Source of the DNA: Alphaproteobacteria bacterium casp-alpha2
Lineage (GTDB): Bacteria; Pseudomonadota; Alphaproteobacteria; Rhodospirillales; Casp-alpha2
Direction of reading: 5' to 3'
Length of the DNA: 64,000 nucleotides
NCBI GenBank assembly: GCA_001510075.1
Contig: LFEN01000034.1
Coordinates: 354-64,353, forward strand
The translations under genes and the position numbers were made by a program. This document shows, piece after piece, positions 25,607 through 35,217 of this stretch. The stretch's first letter is position 1. Each line of letters starts with the position of its first letter. The notes beneath the pieces are model-generated. The model saw only the letters and a program-made list of their open reading frames with translations, was not told the origin of the DNA and searched no databases.

Positions 25607-26536
25607 CTAACCGGCGTTGGCGGCGTTGGCGACAATGGCGGCAAGGATGGTGGCGGCGAAGCGCGCTTCGGGCGGGTCGGCGCGCGATGTCAGCACGATC
25701 GGCACCTTGGTCCCCAGGACCACGCCTGCGGCCAGGCCGCTCATGAAATAGACCATCATTTTGAACAGCCCGTTGCCGGTCTCGATATTGGGCACGACCA
25801 GAATATCCGCCTGCCCCGCGACCGGGCCGCCCATCCCCTTGATCTTCGCCGCCTCCGGCGAGATGGCGTTATCGAAGGCAAAGGGGCCGTCGATCAGACA
25901 ACCGGTAATGCCGAAGTCGCCCGCCTTTTCGATGATCTCCGCCGCCTCGACGCTGGACGGCATGGAATGATTGACTGTTTCAGCACCCGATAATAACGCC
26001 ACCTTCGGCGCCGGGTTGCCGAGGGCGTGGCTTAGCTCGACGGCGTTCTTGATAATATCGACCTTGGTTTTCAGGTCCGGTGCGATGTTGACGGAAGCGT
26101 CGGTGATCAGCAGCACCCGTTCGCGGCCGGGAATGGTCATGTGAAAAACGTGGCTGACGCGGCGCTCGCCCCTGAGCCCTGTATCGCGGTCCAACACGGC
26201 GCGCATAATCGTCTCGGTATGGACATAGCCTTTCATCACCGCATGCACCTGGCCTTCGGCGGCGAGAAAGACGGCGGCGTCAGATGCTTCCGCTTCGCCA
26301 TTGGTGTTGATGATTTCGATTTCCCGGATATCCCAGCCGATGACGTCGGATAGCGACTGGATGAGGTCGCTATCGCCGATCAGCACCGGGGTGATCAGCC
26401 CGGCGTCTGCGGCTTGGCGCACGCTTTCCAGGACGATTTCATTATCCGCCCCGGCGACGGCCATGCGGCTCCGGGGCAGGCCTTTCGCCTTTTCCAGCAG
26501 ATACGCAGGGACTTCAAAAGGCGCATCGCTCAGCAT
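25607..26536 (-). CDS. pta: Phosphate acetyltransferase (short Pta)
   Basis: 309-aa PTA_PTB fold (ADILVVPNIETGN). It lies 6 nt downstream of xsc, the arrangement seen in sulfoacetaldehyde clusters. Confidence 0.8.
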   Translation of the reverse strand: MLSDAPFEVPAYLLEKAKGLPRSRMAVAGADNEIVLESVRQAADAGLITPVLIGDSDLIQSLSDVIGWDIREIEIINTNGEAEASDAAVFLAAEGQVHAVMKGYVHTETIMRAVLDRDTGLRGERRVSHVFHMTIPGRERVLLITDASVNIAPDLKTKVDIIKNAVELSHALGNPAPKVALLSGAETVNHSMPSSVEAAEIIEKAGDFGITGCLIDGPFAFDNAISPEAAKIKGMGGPVAGQADILVVPNIETGNGLFKMMVYFMSGLAAGVVLGTKVPIVLTSRADPPEARFAATILAAIVANAANAG

Positions 26537-26542
26537 GGCAAT

Positions 26543-28318
26543 CTAGGTGGGCTGTTGCGGTTTCATGTCGTTAGGATCGATGCCGGCGACTTCTACGGGG
26601 GCCTTCATGGCATCGCGCCGGAACGGTTCGCCAAGTTCCTGGTTTAAAATGACCTCGATAAACGTCGTCACGCCCTTTTTCTGGGCCTCGCAGGATTCCT
26701 TTAAGGCCGCCGTGAGTTCCGCCTGGGTGGTTGCTTGCACGCCTTTCAGGCCACAGCCCTCGGCGACCTTGGCGTAACTCAATTCCGGGTTCAGTTCGGT
26801 GCCGACGAAGTTGTTCGAGTACCAGAGGATGGAATTGCGCTTCTCGGCGCCCCACTGGAAATTGCGGAAGATGACCATGGTAATCGCCGGCCAGTCTTCG
26901 CGGCCGACCGACGTCATCTCGTTCATGGAAATGCCAAACGCGCCATCACCGGCAAAGCCGACGACGGGCGTGTCGGGGTTGCCGATCTTGGCCCCGATAA
27001 TCGACGGGAAGCCATATCCGCAAGGGCCGAACAGGCCCGGTGACAGGTATTTGCGGCCTTCTTCGAAGGTCGGATAGGCATTGCCGATGGCGCAGTTGTT
27101 GCCGATATCGCTGGAAATAATGGCGTCTTTCGGCAGGCCGTCCTGGATGGCGCGCCAAGCCTGGCGGGGCGACATGTGGTCGGGTTCCCGCTCACGGCAA
27201 TCGGCGTTCCAGGAGGTGCCGGGATCGTCGTCTTCGTTGTCCATGCTGGCCAGGGTTTGCAGCCACGACGATTTGGTCTGGTGGATAAGCGCCTTGCGAT
27301 CATCGCGCCCGGCGTTACCGGCGTCGGACGACAGTTGCGCCAAAATCTGCTGCGCCACCATTTTGGCGTCGCCACAAATCCCCACCGACACCTTCTTGGT
27401 CAACCCAATGCGGTCGGAATTAATATCGACCTGAATGATTTTGGCGTTTTCAGGCCAATAATCGATGCCATAGCCCGGCAAGGTCGAGAACGGATTAAGC
27501 CGGGTGCCCAACGCCAATACCACGTCGGCCTTGGCAATCAGTTCCATGGCTGCCTTCGAGCCGTTGTAGCCCAACGGGCCGGCGGCCAGGGCATGAGAGC
27601 CGGGGAAGCTGTCGTTGTGCTGGTAGCCACTGCAAACCGGCGCATCGAGGCGTTCGGCCAGGGCCACGCAATCGGCAATGGCGCCGCCGATGACGACGCC
27701 GGCACCCGACAGGATCACCGGGAACTTGGCCCCGGATAATAATTTTGCCGCCTCGGCGATGGCCGCCGCGCCCCCGGATGGGCGTTCAAGACGAACGATT
27801 TGCGGCAGCTCGATGTCGATCACCTGGGTCCAGTAATCGCGCGGCACGTTAATTTGCGCCGGGGCCGAGCCACGGATGGCTTTTTCGATGACGCGATTGA
27901 GGACTTCGGCCATGCGCGACGCATCGCGGACTTCTTCCTGGTAGCAAACCATGTCCCGAAACAGGGCCATTTGCTCGACTTCCTGAAAGCCACCCTGGCC
28001 GATGGTCTTGTTGGCGGCTTGCGGCGTCACCAGCAACATCGGTGTGTGGTTCCAATACGCCGTCTTGATCGGCGTGACAAAGCCGGTAACGCCCGGCCCG
28101 TTTTGGGCGATGGCCATGGCGATTTTGCCGGTCGTGCGGGTATAGCCGTCACAAATCAGCCCGCCGTTGGTCTCATGCGCCACATCCCAGAATTTGATGC
28201 CGGCCTTCGGAAAAAGATCCGATATGGGCATGAAGGCCGATCCGATAATTCCGAAACCGTGTTCAATGCCATGCATTTGCAGCACTTTTACAAAGGCTTC
28301 CTCGGTGGTCATTTTCAT
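26543..28318 (-). CDS. xsc: Sulfoacetaldehyde acetyltransferase (ThDP-dependent)
   Basis: 591 aa. The N-terminus MKMTTEEAFVKVLQMHGIEHGFGIIGSAFMPISDLF and overall ThDP-enzyme architecture match Xsc. pta lies downstream and an aminotransferase is divergent. Confidence 0.85.
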   Translation of the reverse strand: MKMTTEEAFVKVLQMHGIEHGFGIIGSAFMPISDLFPKAGIKFWDVAHETNGGLICDGYTRTTGKIAMAIAQNGPGVTGFVTPIKTAYWNHTPMLLVTPQAANKTIGQGGFQEVEQMALFRDMVCYQEEVRDASRMAEVLNRVIEKAIRGSAPAQINVPRDYWTQVIDIELPQIVRLERPSGGAAAIAEAAKLLSGAKFPVILSGAGVVIGGAIADCVALAERLDAPVCSGYQHNDSFPGSHALAAGPLGYNGSKAAMELIAKADVVLALGTRLNPFSTLPGYGIDYWPENAKIIQVDINSDRIGLTKKVSVGICGDAKMVAQQILAQLSSDAGNAGRDDRKALIHQTKSSWLQTLASMDNEDDDPGTSWNADCREREPDHMSPRQAWRAIQDGLPKDAIISSDIGNNCAIGNAYPTFEEGRKYLSPGLFGPCGYGFPSIIGAKIGNPDTPVVGFAGDGAFGISMNEMTSVGREDWPAITMVIFRNFQWGAEKRNSILWYSNNFVGTELNPELSYAKVAEGCGLKGVQATTQAELTAALKESCEAQKKGVTTFIEVILNQELGEPFRRDAMKAPVEVAGIDPNDMKPQQPT

Positions 28319-28346
28319 CGGTGGTTCCTCACGATGTCATAAAAAT

Positions 28347-28377
28347 TGAGACAGAATATCTTGTAATGTGAGACAGA
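28347..28377. promoter_or_regulatory. Direct repeat TGAGACAGA (28347-28355, 28369-28377; 22-bp phasing) in the xsc/aminotransferase divergent promoter
   Basis: Read directly from the sequence. Confidence 0.4.
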
Positions 28378-28464
28378 GACTAGGAGGTTTGCCGGGTGCA
28401 GACAAGGCCGGAGCCTGTTATGATCTGCCAAATATACGATCTTTTTTACCCTGAGAGGAATGTC

Positions 28465-29775
28465 ATGCAATACACGGCAAATACCCTGGAAAATCACTGG
28501 ATGCCGTTTACGGCGAACCGCGCCTTCAAGGCCGATCCCCGGCTGATGGTCAAAGGCGAAGGCGTCTATTATTGGGATCAAAACGGCGGCAAAATTCTCG
28601 ATGGATCGTCGGGGATGTTCTGTAGCGCCGCCGGTCACTGCCGGCCCGAAATCGCCGAAGCGGTTTACAAGCAGCTCCAGGTTAACGATTTCGCGCCACC
28701 GTTCACGAACGGCCATCCGGGGTCGTTTGAGCTGGCGCAGAAGGTCTGCCGCTTGACGCCGGATGGCATGGATCATGTGTTTTTCACCAATTCCGGCTCG
28801 GAAGCCGTCGACACCGCCTTGAAGATCGCCATGGCCTATCACCGGGCGCGGGGCGAGGGGCAGCGCACGCGGTTCGTCTCGCGCGAGCGGGCCTACCATG
28901 GCGTCAACATCGGCGGCACGTCCCTGGGCGGCATGGTCAAGAACCGCGAGACCTTTTCCGGCGTTATGCCGGGCGTCGTTCACATGCGCCATACGTGGCT
29001 CGAAGAAAACAGATATAGCAAAGGCCAGCCCGAAGTTGGCGCTTACCTCGCTGATGATCTGCAACGGATTGCCGAGACCTATGGCGGCACCACCATTGCG
29101 GCGTGCTTTGTCGAACCCATCGCCGGGTCGACCGGGTGTCTGGTGCCGCCCAAGGGGTATCTGGAGCGGCTGCGCGAGATTTGCGACGCGCACGGTATCT
29201 TGCTGGTCTTCGACGAGGTCATCTGCGGCTTCGGGCGCACGGGCAAGGCGTTCGCTGCGCAATCGTTCAATGTCATGCCCGACATCATCACCATGGCCAA
29301 GGCGTTGACCAACGGCGCCATTCCCATGGCCGCCGTCGCCGTTCAGGATGAAATCTACGAGACCATCGTCGGGGCAGCCCCGGAAAACGCCATCGAGTTG
29401 TTCCACGGCTATACCTATTCCGGCCACCCGACGGCGTGCGCGGCGGGGCTGGCGGCGCTGGAGATTTATGAAAAAGAAAACCTCTTCGAGCGCGCCGCCG
29501 AACTGTCACCTTATTTTCTCGACCGGATATTTTCGCTGCAAGACATGGACGAAATTACCGATATCCGGGGCTACGGCTTGATCGCCGGCATCGACCTGGC
29601 CCCCGGCGATGCTCCCGGCCAGCGCGGCACGCAATTACAGAAGGATCTGTTCTGGAATGGCCTGCACGTGAAATTTACCGCCGACACCGGTATCATTGCG
29701 CCGCCGTTCATCGCCGAGAAACAACACATCGACCAAATGGTCGACATTCTTCGAAACATCATCGGCGGGAAATAG
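28465..29775 (+). CDS. Class-III aminotransferase, taurine:pyruvate (Tpa) / beta-alanine:pyruvate type
   Basis: Omega-aminotransferase motifs are present: HWMPFT, FTNSGSEAVDTALK, DEVICGFGRTG, TMAKALTNG (PLP Lys). The ATG at 28465 has GAGAGGA 5 nt upstream. Divergent from xsc. Confidence 0.8.
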   Translation: MQYTANTLENHWMPFTANRAFKADPRLMVKGEGVYYWDQNGGKILDGSSGMFCSAAGHCRPEIAEAVYKQLQVNDFAPPFTNGHPGSFELAQKVCRLTPDGMDHVFFTNSGSEAVDTALKIAMAYHRARGEGQRTRFVSRERAYHGVNIGGTSLGGMVKNRETFSGVMPGVVHMRHTWLEENRYSKGQPEVGAYLADDLQRIAETYGGTTIAACFVEPIAGSTGCLVPPKGYLERLREICDAHGILLVFDEVICGFGRTGKAFAAQSFNVMPDIITMAKALTNGAIPMAAVAVQDEIYETIVGAAPENAIELFHGYTYSGHPTACAAGLAALEIYEKENLFERAAELSPYFLDRIFSLQDMDEITDIRGYGLIAGIDLAPGDAPGQRGTQLQKDLFWNGLHVKFTADTGIIAPPFIAEKQHIDQMVDILRNIIGGK

Positions 29776-30221
29776 TGAAGGCGCTGCTGCAACGGGTCAG
29801 CGAAGCCAACGTCAGCCTGGACGGCGACCTGCTGGCGGCGATCAGCGCCGGCGTGGTGGTGTTTGTCTGCACGGAAAAGCAAGACAGCGACGAAGACGCC
29901 GATTTTTTCGCCCGCAAGATCGCCAACATGCGGCTGTTTGCCGACGCCGACGGCAAGACTAATCTATCCATCCTGGATGTCGGCGGCGAGGCGCTGGTGA
30001 TCAGCCAGTTCACGCTGGCCGCCAACTGGCGCAAGGGCAACCGACCGGGATTTTCCGCCGCCGCCGACCCGGACATGGCGGAACGTCACTATGAATACTT
30101 TTGCAAGCAGCTGGCGGTGGAAGGGGTGGCGGTGAAAACCGGCAGGTTCCGTTCCCACATGGCGGTCAGTCTGGTTAACGACGGGCCGTTTACGATCTGG
30201 ATGGACAGCGCCGAAAAGTAG
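29775..30221 (+). CDS. dtd: D-aminoacyl-tRNA deacylase
   Basis: (M)KALLQRVSEA...VISQFTL...GNRPGFS...VNDGPFTIW is a full-length Dtd signature. The GTG start overlaps the upstream stop. Confidence 0.9.
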   Translation: MKALLQRVSEANVSLDGDLLAAISAGVVVFVCTEKQDSDEDADFFARKIANMRLFADADGKTNLSILDVGGEALVISQFTLAANWRKGNRPGFSAAADPDMAERHYEYFCKQLAVEGVAVKTGRFRSHMAVSLVNDGPFTIWMDSAEK

Positions 30222-30223
30222 GC

Positions 30224-31132
30224 TTAACCGCCAAGCACCAGAACAACAATCCCGCCGCCGACCAACAGAATGCCGATGAATTCCAGGCGGTTGATTTTCT
30301 CTTTGAAAAACATGGCCGAGACGATGAAGGTGAAGATCAATTCGATCTGGCCCAGCGCCCGGACGTAAGCCGCGTTCTGCAGGGTAAAGGCGGAAAACCA
30401 GCCGACGGAGGCCAGAACACCGGCGATGCCAACTGACAGCGACGGCCGCCAGTGGACGAGCACGGCTTTCAACTGGTCGCGTTCCCGCAAGGCCAGATAG
30501 ACGCTCATGATGATCGTTTGCAGGACGACGGAAACGGCGAGGGTGAATGCTGCCTGCATGATGAAGCCGTCACCGCCCAACGATAATGCGCCGCCCCGGA
30601 AAAACACCACCGACGCGCCCAAAAACGCGCCGCACACCAGCCCGATCAGGGTCGGTTTTTCGGTCAGGCTAGTGAGCAGGGTTTTCGGAGTGATTTTTGT
30701 TTGCGCCACCGACATGGCGATGACGCCGAGAAAACTGATGAGGATGGCGACGCCAGCCCACAGCGTCAGCGCATCGCCTAAAATAAAAAATCCCAGGACC
30801 GCGACTTGTACGGTCTCGGTCTTTGAATAGGTCGTGCCGACGGCGAAATTGCGAAACGAAAACAGCCAGATCAGCAAAAATGTGAAAATGATTTGCGACA
30901 GCCCGCCGAGCAGGCAGTAGATGAGAAATTCCCCGCTGATGTTAGGGATATCGAACCCGCCCCATTGCTTGAGGCCCCAGACGTAGAGCACGGCGAAAGG
31001 CCAGGCATACAAAAACCGCACATACGTCGCCCCCGCCGTCGACAAGTGCGCCTTCAGGTGCTTCTGCAACGCCGAGCGCAGGTTTTGGAAAAAAGCCGCG
31101 GCGATGGTGATGGGAATCCAGAGTTCGAACAT
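30224..31132 (-). CDS. DMT-superfamily (EamA-like) transporter
   Basis: 302 aa with 10 TM helices and duplicated EamA-like halves. Confidence 0.75.
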   Translation of the reverse strand: MFELWIPITIAAAFFQNLRSALQKHLKAHLSTAGATYVRFLYAWPFAVLYVWGLKQWGGFDIPNISGEFLIYCLLGGLSQIIFTFLLIWLFSFRNFAVGTTYSKTETVQVAVLGFFILGDALTLWAGVAILISFLGVIAMSVAQTKITPKTLLTSLTEKPTLIGLVCGAFLGASVVFFRGGALSLGGDGFIMQAAFTLAVSVVLQTIIMSVYLALRERDQLKAVLVHWRPSLSVGIAGVLASVGWFSAFTLQNAAYVRALGQIELIFTFIVSAMFFKEKINRLEFIGILLVGGGIVVLVLGG

Positions 31133-31199
31133 TGCCGGTGATTATAACTGTTGCGTCAGCCCCGTCATCCACGTTCTATAGCCATCGGCATGCCATCGT

Positions 31200-33677
31200 A
31201 TGAGCCATCTTAAAGAGGAAGGGACCGTGGCCAAGACACTTCCAAAGAAAGCCCGGGTCGTCATTATCGGCGGCGGCGTCATCGGGTGCTCAATCGCCTA
31301 CCATCTGGGCAAGATCGGCTGGTCCGATGTGGTCTTGCTGGAACGCAAGAAACTCACATCCGGCACCACTTGGCATGCGGCCGGTTTGATCGGCCAACTG
31401 CGCGATAATCAGGACATGACCAAGCTGGCCCAATACACGGCCGAGCTTTACGCCGGTATCGAGGCGGAAACTGGCCAGGCCACGGGTTTCAAGCAACACG
31501 GCTCGCTGTCCCTTGCCACCAGCGAGGGCCGCATGGAAGACCTGAAACGCCGTGCCGATATGGCCAAGGTGTTCGACCTTCGGGTTGACGTGGTCGGGCC
31601 GGATGAATGCAAGGACCTGTACCCGCTGATCAATGTCGATGACGTTTTGGGTGGTATTTTCCTGCCCAGCGACGGCACCGCCAATCCGACGGATATTACC
31701 ATGGCGCTGGCCAAGGGGGCGCGGCAAAGCGGTGTTGAAATTTTCGAAGACACCAAGGTCAAAGCCATCAATCATTCCGGCGGGCGCATTACCGGCGTCG
31801 AAACGCAAGCCGGCGCCATCAAAGCCGATTATGTCGTTCTCGCCGCCGGTATGTGGACGCGCGAGATTGCCGCCACCCTGGGCGTTACCGTGCCGTTGCA
31901 TGCGTGCGAACATTTTTATGTCGTCACCGAACCTTTTGACGGCGTCACCCCGGACCTGCCGGTGCTGCGCGATTACGACGCCCAGGCCTATTACCGCGAA
32001 GACGCCGGAAAAATCCTGCTCGGCGCGTTTGAAACAAAAGCCAAGCCCTGGGGCATGGATGGCATTCCGGAAGATTTCTGTTTCGATCAATTGCCGGACG
32101 ACTTCGATCATTTTGAACCGATCCTGGAAAAGGCCCTTCACCGCATGCCAGCGCTGGAGCATGTCGGGATCCAGACTTTTTTCAACGGCCCGGAAAGCTT
32201 CACCCCCGACAACCGTTATTATCTGGGCCCGGCGCCGGGGATGGACGGCCTGTTCATCGCCGCCGGGATGAATTCCATCGGTATCCAGTCCGCCGGCGGC
32301 GTTGGCAAGGTGCTGGCCGAGTGGATGCGGGACGGCCACCCATCCATGGACCTGTGGACGGTCGATATTAGGCGCGCTTTGCCGTTCCAGGGCGATCCGG
32401 CTTATCTCTGCGATCGGGTGTCGGAAACGCTGGGAAGGCTCTATGCCGTCCACTGGCCGTTTTATCAGTTCCACACTGCCCGGGGCGTGCGCCGCTCGCC
32501 GTTCTACGAGTCCTTGAGCGAGCGGGGCGCGTGTCATGGCGAAGCCCAGGGCTGGGAGCGGCCCAACTGGTATGCGCCGGATGGTGTCCGGCCCGAATAC
32601 GTTTACAGCTATACCCGCCAGAACTGGTTCGCCCATTCCGCCGCCGAGCACAAGGCGGTGCGCGAAAACGTCGGGCTGTTTGACCAGACGTCGTTTGCCA
32701 AGTTCCGGGTTGAGGGCAAGGATGCGGAAAAAGTATTGGGCCGTATTTGCGCCAATGACATTGCCGTCGAGCCGGGGCGCGTCGTTTATACCCAGTGGCT
32801 GAATGAGCAGGGCGGCATCGAGGCCGATTTGACCGTAACGCGCGAGGCCGAAGACCGCTATCTGGTCGTCACCGGGGCAGCGTCCCAGGTCAAGGATAGG
32901 GAATGGCTTCGCTGCAACAGGACGGACGATGCAAATGTCAGCGTTTCCGATATCACCGACGACCTAGGCGTGTTGGGTGTCATGGGGCCGCAATCGCGGA
33001 GCTTGCTGGCCGGGATTTGCAGCGCGGATTTGTCGGGCGATGCCTTTCCGTATCAAACCTCTCAGGAGATCAATGTCGCTGGAATACTGCTTCGCGCGTC
33101 GCGCATTACCTATGTCGGTGAATTGGGGTGGGAGCTTTTTATCCCGTCGAACGCCGCCGCCGCCGTTTTGGATGCGATTTTGGCGGCGGGCGAAGGTCAC
33201 GGCTTAGCCCTTGCCGGCATGCACGCCATGCAATCGCTCCGCATTGAGAAGGCCTACCGGGCCTGGGGCCACGATATCGGCGATCAGGACACAAGCCTTG
33301 AAGCAGGGCTCGGTTTTGCCGTCGCCTGGGACAAGCCGGGCGGCTTCATCGGCCGCGAGGCATTGTTAAGGCAACGCGAAAAAGGCGTCACAAAACGCCT
33401 GGTCCAGTTCGCCCTCAATGACCCGGAACCGTTGCTTTACGGGCGCGAGCCCATCTATCGGGACGGTGACATTGCAGGGTATGTAACGTCGGCCATGTAC
33501 GGCCATACGCTGGGGACCGCCATCGGGCTTGGGTATGTGTCTAACGAGGGCCAGGTTGTCGATGTGAACTTCATTGCAACTGGTGCGTTTGAAATCGAGA
33601 TCGCCGGTGTCCGCCACCCTGCGGCAGCGTCACTGAAACCGCTCTTTGACCCGACGGGAGAAAGGCTAAGGTCTTAA
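31200..33677 (+). CDS. Dimethylglycine/sarcosine dehydrogenase-family enzyme (FAD DAO domain + GcvT folate-binding domain)
   Basis: VVIIGGGVIGCSIAYHL (FAD), HAAGL, and a C-terminal aminomethyltransferase-like half (FDQTSFAKFRVEGKDA). An alternative GTG start at 31227 has a better SD (AGAGGAAGGGA). Confidence 0.85.
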   Translation: MSHLKEEGTVAKTLPKKARVVIIGGGVIGCSIAYHLGKIGWSDVVLLERKKLTSGTTWHAAGLIGQLRDNQDMTKLAQYTAELYAGIEAETGQATGFKQHGSLSLATSEGRMEDLKRRADMAKVFDLRVDVVGPDECKDLYPLINVDDVLGGIFLPSDGTANPTDITMALAKGARQSGVEIFEDTKVKAINHSGGRITGVETQAGAIKADYVVLAAGMWTREIAATLGVTVPLHACEHFYVVTEPFDGVTPDLPVLRDYDAQAYYREDAGKILLGAFETKAKPWGMDGIPEDFCFDQLPDDFDHFEPILEKALHRMPALEHVGIQTFFNGPESFTPDNRYYLGPAPGMDGLFIAAGMNSIGIQSAGGVGKVLAEWMRDGHPSMDLWTVDIRRALPFQGDPAYLCDRVSETLGRLYAVHWPFYQFHTARGVRRSPFYESLSERGACHGEAQGWERPNWYAPDGVRPEYVYSYTRQNWFAHSAAEHKAVRENVGLFDQTSFAKFRVEGKDAEKVLGRICANDIAVEPGRVVYTQWLNEQGGIEADLTVTREAEDRYLVVTGAASQVKDREWLRCNRTDDANVSVSDITDDLGVLGVMGPQSRSLLAGICSADLSGDAFPYQTSQEINVAGILLRASRITYVGELGWELFIPSNAAAAVLDAILAAGEGHGLALAGMHAMQSLRIEKAYRAWGHDIGDQDTSLEAGLGFAVAWDKPGGFIGREALLRQREKGVTKRLVQFALNDPEPLLYGREPIYRDGDIAGYVTSAMYGHTLGTAIGLGYVSNEGQVVDVNFIATGAFEIEIAGVRHPAAASLKPLFDPTGERLRS

Positions 33678-33700
33678 TTCAATTAAGACTTTCTCTTTTC
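33671..33700 (+). terminator. Hairpin GTCTTAATT-C-AATTAAGAC followed by TTTCTCTTTT
   Basis: A 19-nt perfect palindrome overlaps the stop codon and is followed by a T-rich tail. Confidence 0.5.
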
Positions 33701-33771
33701 CCTTAACCCTGCTTTAACCCTATTTCAGGCAATAAGAGTAATAGGAATTCCGCTCGCATTGGTTTTTTCCG

Positions 33772-34992
33772 ATGCGCTCGGCGCGCACGATCGAAAGGTT
33801 AATCCAAGCCATGGTTCGGCACAAAGCACCTCCCGGCGCCGTCCTTTTGCTCCGGCTTCGCAGCATGGAAGGGAAACCCTCGCAGGGCAATTCTCTGATG
33901 TTGTTATCGCTCAGCGGTCTGCCGGTGAGCGACGAGGACGAGGAATTCTGGGACGGCCTGGACGAATCCCTGCTCGATTTCAGAACCCGCTATGACGGGG
34001 AGCTTTTCGAGCTATCCCTTTCTGATCGGGCGATCCTGGTCAGGATGTCTGAGCAGGGCGAAGTCGGCATGATCTCGGATATGAAGCTATCCGTCCTGCG
34101 CCTGATTCAGCAGCACTTCCCCGAAAACTTCGGCATGATCGACCAAACCCGGCTGCTGCGGAATATTAATCTTGGTTTCAAGCTCGCCAACGCCATCAAG
34201 TTTCTCGACCATTATGAAAGCCAGCCCGGCAAAACCGGGGAAAAGGCGATGTCGCTCCGTATGCTTCAGGAGGGCGACATCAAAATGGTGCTGGAAGTCA
34301 ATCGCAAGGTCGGTCCGGCCAAGTTCAAAGAGATTTTTGTCCAGCACCAGTCCATGGTCGGCATTAAGCCCGGCGGCACGCCGAAGGAAGTGATGAAGGA
34401 ATACTTCATCAGCATGGGCGCCCTGAAAAAACACGTTTTCCCCAGCGTTGAAATGAGGGGGGTCGGCAACCTGTTTAACCAGTTGACGATTACGCTGGAC
34501 CGGGTGCTGGTCAACGCCTTCGACGACATCAACCCGGGGCGCTCGGCGTGTTCCATCAACCTCAACGTTGAAAGCGTCTTCACCAAGGCCTTCGAGAAAT
34601 TTCTCGGGGATGAGAAACAATCGGCATCCAAAATCGTTTTTGAATTTCGCCAAGCCAATGTCCTGCAGCATTTTGACGAATTTGTTATTGCCGCAGATTT
34701 GATCAAGTCGCGTGGCGGTCTGATTGCTATCGATTCAATTTTCCCGGAGACCGTCGGCTTGGTGAATATCCCCCGCCTGGGCGCGAACTTCGCCAAGATT
34801 TTCTGGCGTCCCGGGGCCGAAGAAGTGTTGATGACGCAACGCGCGGAAATCAGCAAAATGCAGGATCAGGGCGTGATTTTTGTTATTGCCCGTCTCGACG
34901 ATGAAACCGGTGTTCAGGTCGGTCATGACCTTGGCATTAATGTTTTTCAGGGCTTCTACATCGACGACCTTTTGGCCGGAAAAACCGGCTAA
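33772..34992 (+). CDS. Degenerate EAL-domain protein with an uncharacterised N-terminal region
   Basis: The C-terminal roughly 190 aa is colinear with EAL motifs but altered: SINLN, IVFEFRQ (for ELTE), IAIDSIFPE (for DDFGTG), AKIF (for KID), ARLDD (for EGVE), QGFY (QGY retained). The start is uncertain. Confidence 0.5.
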   Translation: MRSARTIERLIQAMVRHKAPPGAVLLLRLRSMEGKPSQGNSLMLLSLSGLPVSDEDEEFWDGLDESLLDFRTRYDGELFELSLSDRAILVRMSEQGEVGMISDMKLSVLRLIQQHFPENFGMIDQTRLLRNINLGFKLANAIKFLDHYESQPGKTGEKAMSLRMLQEGDIKMVLEVNRKVGPAKFKEIFVQHQSMVGIKPGGTPKEVMKEYFISMGALKKHVFPSVEMRGVGNLFNQLTITLDRVLVNAFDDINPGRSACSINLNVESVFTKAFEKFLGDEKQSASKIVFEFRQANVLQHFDEFVIAADLIKSRGGLIAIDSIFPETVGLVNIPRLGANFAKIFWRPGAEEVLMTQRAEISKMQDQGVIFVIARLDDETGVQVGHDLGINVFQGFYIDDLLAGKTG

Positions 34993-35021
34993 CCTTACTT
35001 CACTCTCCAAATTTCAGACGG

Positions 35022-35050
35022 AAAAAAAGGGCCGCTCAATTGAACGGCCC
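35022..35050 (-). terminator. Rho-independent terminator read on the minus strand (GGGCCGTTCAATTGAGCGGCCC + U7)
   Basis: GGGCCG/CGGCCC stem at 35029-35050. A7 at 35022-28 on the plus strand equals a U-run after the stem on the minus strand. There is no T-run on the plus-strand side. Confidence 0.6.
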
Positions 35051-35103
35051 TAGTGCAGTCTCGCGTGGGGGAGAGTTCCGCGAATGACTGTTTTCGCCGC
35101 CCG

Positions 35104-35217
35104 TTATCTCAAGTGTCCGGGACGATGGCGGTAAACGGCGACAGGTTGGCGACGAAGGATGAGGCCAAACCCCAAGAGGTGAGCCACACCGCGCATCCAA
35201 AGATCAAACTGTCTCAT
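35104..35217 (-). CDS. Possible 37-aa small protein (MRQFDLWMRGVAHLLGFGLILRRQPVAVYRHRPGHLR)
   Basis: An ATG preceded by AAGGAAA (6-nt spacing), about 55 nt upstream of the minus-strand terminator. No homology can be assessed. It may instead be a non-coding RNA. Confidence 0.25.
   Translation of the reverse strand: MRQFDLWMRGVAHLLGFGLILRRQPVAVYRHRPGHLR

Noticed and set aside
31290-32651. 453-aa minus-strand ORF opposite the dimethylglycine-dehydrogenase-like gene, and likewise 28315-29427 opposite the aminotransferase
   Set aside because: Both are antisense shadow ORFs with no family resemblance.
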